Source: an uncultured virus (IMG/VR IMGVR_UViG_3300034777_000432) (taxonomy: Duplodnaviria > Heunggongvirae > Uroviricota > Caudoviricetes). Taken from it: 20,000 bases of DNA. The stretch lies in the IMG/VR virus record IMGVR_UViG_3300034777_000432, one strand, 5' to 3'. Shown in pieces: positions 16,992 to 20,000 of the stretch. Numbering within the stretch: the first letter of the stretch is position 1; every line of letters begins with the position of its first letter. Position numbers and translations under genes: made by a program. The notes under the pieces are model-generated. The model did not search any database and was not told the DNA's origin. It saw nothing but the letters and a program-made list of their open reading frames with translations.

Positions 16992-17176
16992 TCAAGCCAG
17001 CTTTAGTACGAGATGACAGCGGAGCAGTAATAAATACTGATATACAAGCTCTTAATAAATATAAATCAGAAAGAGCATTATATAGAAAAGTAGATAGATT
17101 ACAAAGCGAACTTAACGAAGCTAAAGCCTGTTTGAAAAGACTGAGCGATAGGGTAGATAAAATAGAGAAGAGATAA
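16988..17176 (+). CDS. Small coiled-coil hypothetical protein
   Basis: ATGA overlap with the previous gene; LVRDDSGAVINTD...YK..R followed by heptad-like VDRLQSELNEAKACLKRL; abuts the next gene. Confidence 0.75.
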   Translation: MIKPALVRDDSGAVINTDIQALNKYKSERALYRKVDRLQSELNEAKACLKRLSDRVDKIEKR

Positions 17177-18553
17177 ATGGCCAAACCAAATATTCAAAAC
17201 ATAGCTACGACACAAACATTTCAAAATTGGTTTGATAAAACTAATGAGATGGTTAATATCTTCCGAGATTCTGCAATCACTGCTCAAGCGGGTACGGCAG
17301 ATACCACAGACGGAGATGCAATTCTCAATGGAGAATTTACTGCAAACGAGCTAATTGGTGTAGTTAAAGTAAGCACAGATACAATTGAGTCTAGGACTCC
17401 AGCTACTCCAGTTTCTTTTGCCTCGCCAATTAGTGTTACTCCAGTTGCTGATGCAATCGGAATAACAATTGCCTTCGCTTCTGGCGGAGGTAAAGCAAGA
17501 TTTACTGATAACCAAACGAATTGGGATATTGGTTACGCTGCTGGAGGCGATTCTTCTTTTGAAATGAATAATGGCGGAGGCGGTCAATTTTCTTTATCAA
17601 CTGCCGGCGTATTAACTGTTCCAAGTCTCGTAACTTCTGCTGATGTTCAAATTGGTACGAATTTAACAGTGCCAGGAATACTTACTGCAAATAACCTTGT
17701 TGTACAAACAGGAGCAAGTGGTGATTTTACTGGTACCTTTGTTGGTGATTTTACAGGTGATATTTACCATCCAGCAGGAAACAAAATTTTCGAAAACGGT
17801 GGACCAGCTGCCAACGTACCAGCAACATTTACTGGTAACGTAAATGGTACAGTAAGTTCATTAACAAATCACGACACAGATAGTTTAAGCGAAGGCGATG
17901 ACAATCTTTACTTTACAGAAGCAAGAGCAATCGCATCATTAAGTCCTGGAGTTGGAGTATCTTATGACGGTGTAGATGGTGTAATTACTATTGGTCAAGA
18001 CGTTGGAACAAATGACGATGTTACTTTTAACGACGTTGACGTTGATGGAGATCTTACAGTAGCCGGTGACGCTACAGTAACAGGGACTGTAGATGCAGAT
18101 AAGTTCACTGGCGATGGTTCAGAGTTAACAGGTATTGTTCAATTAGTAAAAGGTTATATTAGTTTCGATGGTGCAAACGGGACCGTATTTTCAAGCGGTG
18201 GTGGTTTAACAGTATCAAAAGGTGCTACTGGTACTTATACTGTAACTATTCCATCTAATATTGCTGGCGGAAGACCAACAAGTAATGATAATTATGCAAT
18301 CGTTATTGGTAACGTAGACGATAAACAAACTGCTGTAACGGCTTCTACTGCGCGTGACGCTCAAGGTGTAACACAAGCATTTACAAACTATAACGCTTGG
18401 GTTCAATCACAAACTACAAGTTCATTCGTTATTAAAGCTACTAGAACTATTATTGATTATCAACACTTTGGCGGTAACGATAACAATACGGGTGCTACAT
18501 TTGGTATAACAACCGTGAACCCGCGATTAATTAATATCGCAATATTATATTAA
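17177..18553 (+). CDS. Tail fibre / receptor-binding protein
   Basis: N-terminal anchor TTQTFQNWFDKTNEM; fibre shaft motifs FTGTFVGDFTGD, TDSLSEGDDNLYFTEARA, IGQDVGTNDDVTF, FTGDGSELTGI; C-terminal tip-type domain VKGYISFDG...ATGTYTVT...NYAIV. Confidence 0.75.
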   Translation: MAKPNIQNIATTQTFQNWFDKTNEMVNIFRDSAITAQAGTADTTDGDAILNGEFTANELIGVVKVSTDTIESRTPATPVSFASPISVTPVADAIGITIAFASGGGKARFTDNQTNWDIGYAAGGDSSFEMNNGGGGQFSLSTAGVLTVPSLVTSADVQIGTNLTVPGILTANNLVVQTGASGDFTGTFVGDFTGDIYHPAGNKIFENGGPAANVPATFTGNVNGTVSSLTNHDTDSLSEGDDNLYFTEARAIASLSPGVGVSYDGVDGVITIGQDVGTNDDVTFNDVDVDGDLTVAGDATVTGTVDADKFTGDGSELTGIVQLVKGYISFDGANGTVFSSGGGLTVSKGATGTYTVTIPSNIAGGRPTSNDNYAIVIGNVDDKQTAVTASTARDAQGVTQAFTNYNAWVQSQTTSSFVIKATRTIIDYQHFGGNDNNTGATFGITTVNPRLINIAILY

Positions 18554-18567
18554 AGAGAGAATAACAA

Positions 18568-19062
18568 ATGAAAACCATATTTTTCAATTCACCATTAAAT
18601 ACTCCAAAAGTATCAGTTATTAGTACTACTCAAAAAGTAAGTAAACTTATTTCTGATGGAGTAATACCAAAAGGTGCAGGTTATGTTGAAGTACCATACA
18701 TTGACGAAAATTCAAGTCGTGAAGATTGGTCTATGGTTGGTATGCCTGAATATTTAAAATTTAATAATGTTAAAAAGCCTTCAAGAGTTGAATGGGATAT
18801 GGAACTTGTTCAAGTATATATTTTAGGTTTAATACGCAACCAACGTGGTATGGCATTAAATATGTTAGATACACTTGCGATGAGAGCCTTAACAAAAGGT
18901 TTAAATGATGTTGTTACAGAAATTGAAGCTGATAAACAAAAGTTAAGAGATTTACCGAATACTGTTGATTTATCACGTGCTACTGACTATTGGACTGCAT
19001 ATGAAGCAGTTCCTAACGCTTTCATTGATTTTGAAGCTAAATATAATCCTAAGCTAGCATGA
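18568..19062 (+). CDS. Putative tail fibre assembly chaperone
   Basis: Directly after the fibre. C-terminal IRNQR...L..LD...MRAL......EI...KQKLRDLP pattern typical of phage tail assembly chaperones. Confidence 0.6.
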   Translation: MKTIFFNSPLNTPKVSVISTTQKVSKLISDGVIPKGAGYVEVPYIDENSSREDWSMVGMPEYLKFNNVKKPSRVEWDMELVQVYILGLIRNQRGMALNMLDTLAMRALTKGLNDVVTEIEADKQKLRDLPNTVDLSRATDYWTAYEAVPNAFIDFEAKYNPKLA

Positions 19063-19592
19063 GCATAAGGTTTGATCTTCCGGATGAAACTAAAATAGAA
19101 GCTGAAAAAATAATTGAGAAGAATTATAGAGATATGCTCTTAAATACAAGAATAGCCGGAGCAAAAACAGTAAAAGATTGGGCTGACAAGTTAACCCTAG
19201 AATATCTTAGCACTTCAAACCTCTCAATTAGTAACGAAACTAATATGGTAAGTTTCGAAGGGTTAGGAGTTACTCAACAAATAACGCAATTAATTCAAAA
19301 ACTATTTCCAAAACAAGTTGTTCGTGCCACGGGCTTTTTTCATTATCCTCCAACAGGATATATGGGATGGCATACCAATAGGAACGATCCTTGTAAAAGA
19401 CTTTATTTAACTTGGACAAATGAAGCAGACAAATCTTTTTTTAGATATATAAAAGATGAAAAAGTAATTACAGATTATGATGATAAAGGACTTACAAGTC
19501 GTTTATTTGAAGTAACTGGCGAACCACCATTCCTTTGGCATTGCGTGGGTTCGGAAACAGATAGATTAAGTTTTGGGTTTTCTATAAGATGA
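19059..19592 (+). CDS. 2OG-Fe(II) oxygenase-like (DSBH/cupin) protein with HxN motif
   Basis: FHYPPTGYMGWHTN (H105-x-N107), distal WHCV (H161) and RLS (RxS 2-oxoglutarate-binding motif, R169); ATGA overlap with the upstream gene. Confidence 0.7.
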   Translation: MSIRFDLPDETKIEAEKIIEKNYRDMLLNTRIAGAKTVKDWADKLTLEYLSTSNLSISNETNMVSFEGLGVTQQITQLIQKLFPKQVVRATGFFHYPPTGYMGWHTNRNDPCKRLYLTWTNEADKSFFRYIKDEKVITDYDDKGLTSRLFEVTGEPPFLWHCVGSETDRLSFGFSIR

Positions 19593-19936
19593 TACATATG
19601 ATGGACGGCGATTGGCAATTATTTAATGTGCCAACACAAATAGATTGTAGTAAAATCTATGAGTGGGTTAAGCTGAAAAACATAGAACCAATTTCGATAA
19701 ATATAGATGATATAGGCCACAAAACAACGAGAACAATAGAAACAAGAGATAGTCGATACAAACAAGCTGACATAGATCTCGCAGGTATAGTAGTTAAAGG
19801 TATGAAAAATCCTGCAGATAAACCTTATAGAATGATAGATGGTCGACACAGATTATTAAAAGCACAAAATAGCGGTCGTAGTTATGTACGAGTTTATGTA
19901 ATAGAGGAGTATGACGCATTAAAGTTTATTAGTTAA
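19589..19936 (+). CDS. Stand-alone ParB/sulfiredoxin-like N-terminal domain protein
   Basis: GIVV...YRMIDGRHRLLKA...G...VRVYVI matches the ParB/Srx core (DGxHR); 115 aa, with no HTH or dimerisation region; ATGA overlap with the oxygenase. Confidence 0.75.
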   Translation: MIHMMDGDWQLFNVPTQIDCSKIYEWVKLKNIEPISINIDDIGHKTTRTIETRDSRYKQADIDLAGIVVKGMKNPADKPYRMIDGRHRLLKAQNSGRSYVRVYVIEEYDALKFIS

Positions 19937-19962
19937 GAACTGGAATTGCGCATCCTATTTTA

Positions 19963-19970
19963 TATAAATA
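19963..19970 (+). promoter_or_regulatory. T4-type late promoter TATAAATA for the next (off-window) gene
   Basis: Exact consensus in the intergenic DNA after the ParB-like gene. The window ends in TAAGG, probably the start of an RBS. Confidence 0.75.
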
Positions 19971-20000
19971 AAGTTAAACAACGAGCTATAACACATAAGG

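Noticed and set aside
17029..17061. AATAAATA copies at 17029 and 17054 (also 1183; GATAAATA at 19696) as late promoters
   Set aside because: Imperfect, intragenic and expected by chance in AT-rich DNA; not supportable without transcript data.
18146..18553. Intramolecular chaperone (peptidase S74) at the fibre C-terminus
   Set aside because: No SD.RLK.NI motif; the C-terminus looks like a beta-rich tip domain and a separate chaperone-like gene follows.
19589..19936. ParABS partition system
   Set aside because: Only the ParB/Srx core is present; no HTH, parA or parS-like palindromes seen.
19937..19962. Rho-independent terminator after the ParB-like gene
   Set aside because: Only a short TGCGCA palindrome; no convincing GC-rich stem followed by a U-tract.
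1..20000. Stop-codon reassignment or programmed frameshifts
   Set aside because: Genes tile the window under the standard code with TAA and TGA stops and tight junctions; no broken ORFs need recoding.

Overview
AT-rich, gap-free, all plus-strand virion structural region of a large T4-superfamily myovirus. The organisation resembles marine cyanophages, pelagiphages and phiM12 rather than enterobacterial T-even phages. Gene order: end of an upstream gene; a 537-aa helical protein ending in a degenerate peptidase M15-like domain; gp25; gp6; gp7-like; a two-gene block of a gp9/gp10-anchored fibre-like protein and a subtilisin (S8) protease; gp8; a VrlC/DUF4815-like giant structural protein; a small coiled-coil protein; a tail fibre; a tail-fibre chaperone-like protein; a 2OG-Fe(II) oxygenase-like protein with HxN instead of HxD/E; and a stand-alone ParB/Srx-like domain. 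T4 late-promoter boxes (TATAAATA or AATAAATA) sit in three intergenic gaps. The most striking feature is in the S8 protease: an in-frame insertion of about 308 aa between its catalytic Asp and His motifs. This insert looks like a zincin or anthrax-lethal-factor-like domain with a swapped EHxxH motif, i.e. a possible protease nested within a protease, encoded in a block between baseplate genes 7 and 8. All family assignments come from motif recognition by eye; no database searches were run.
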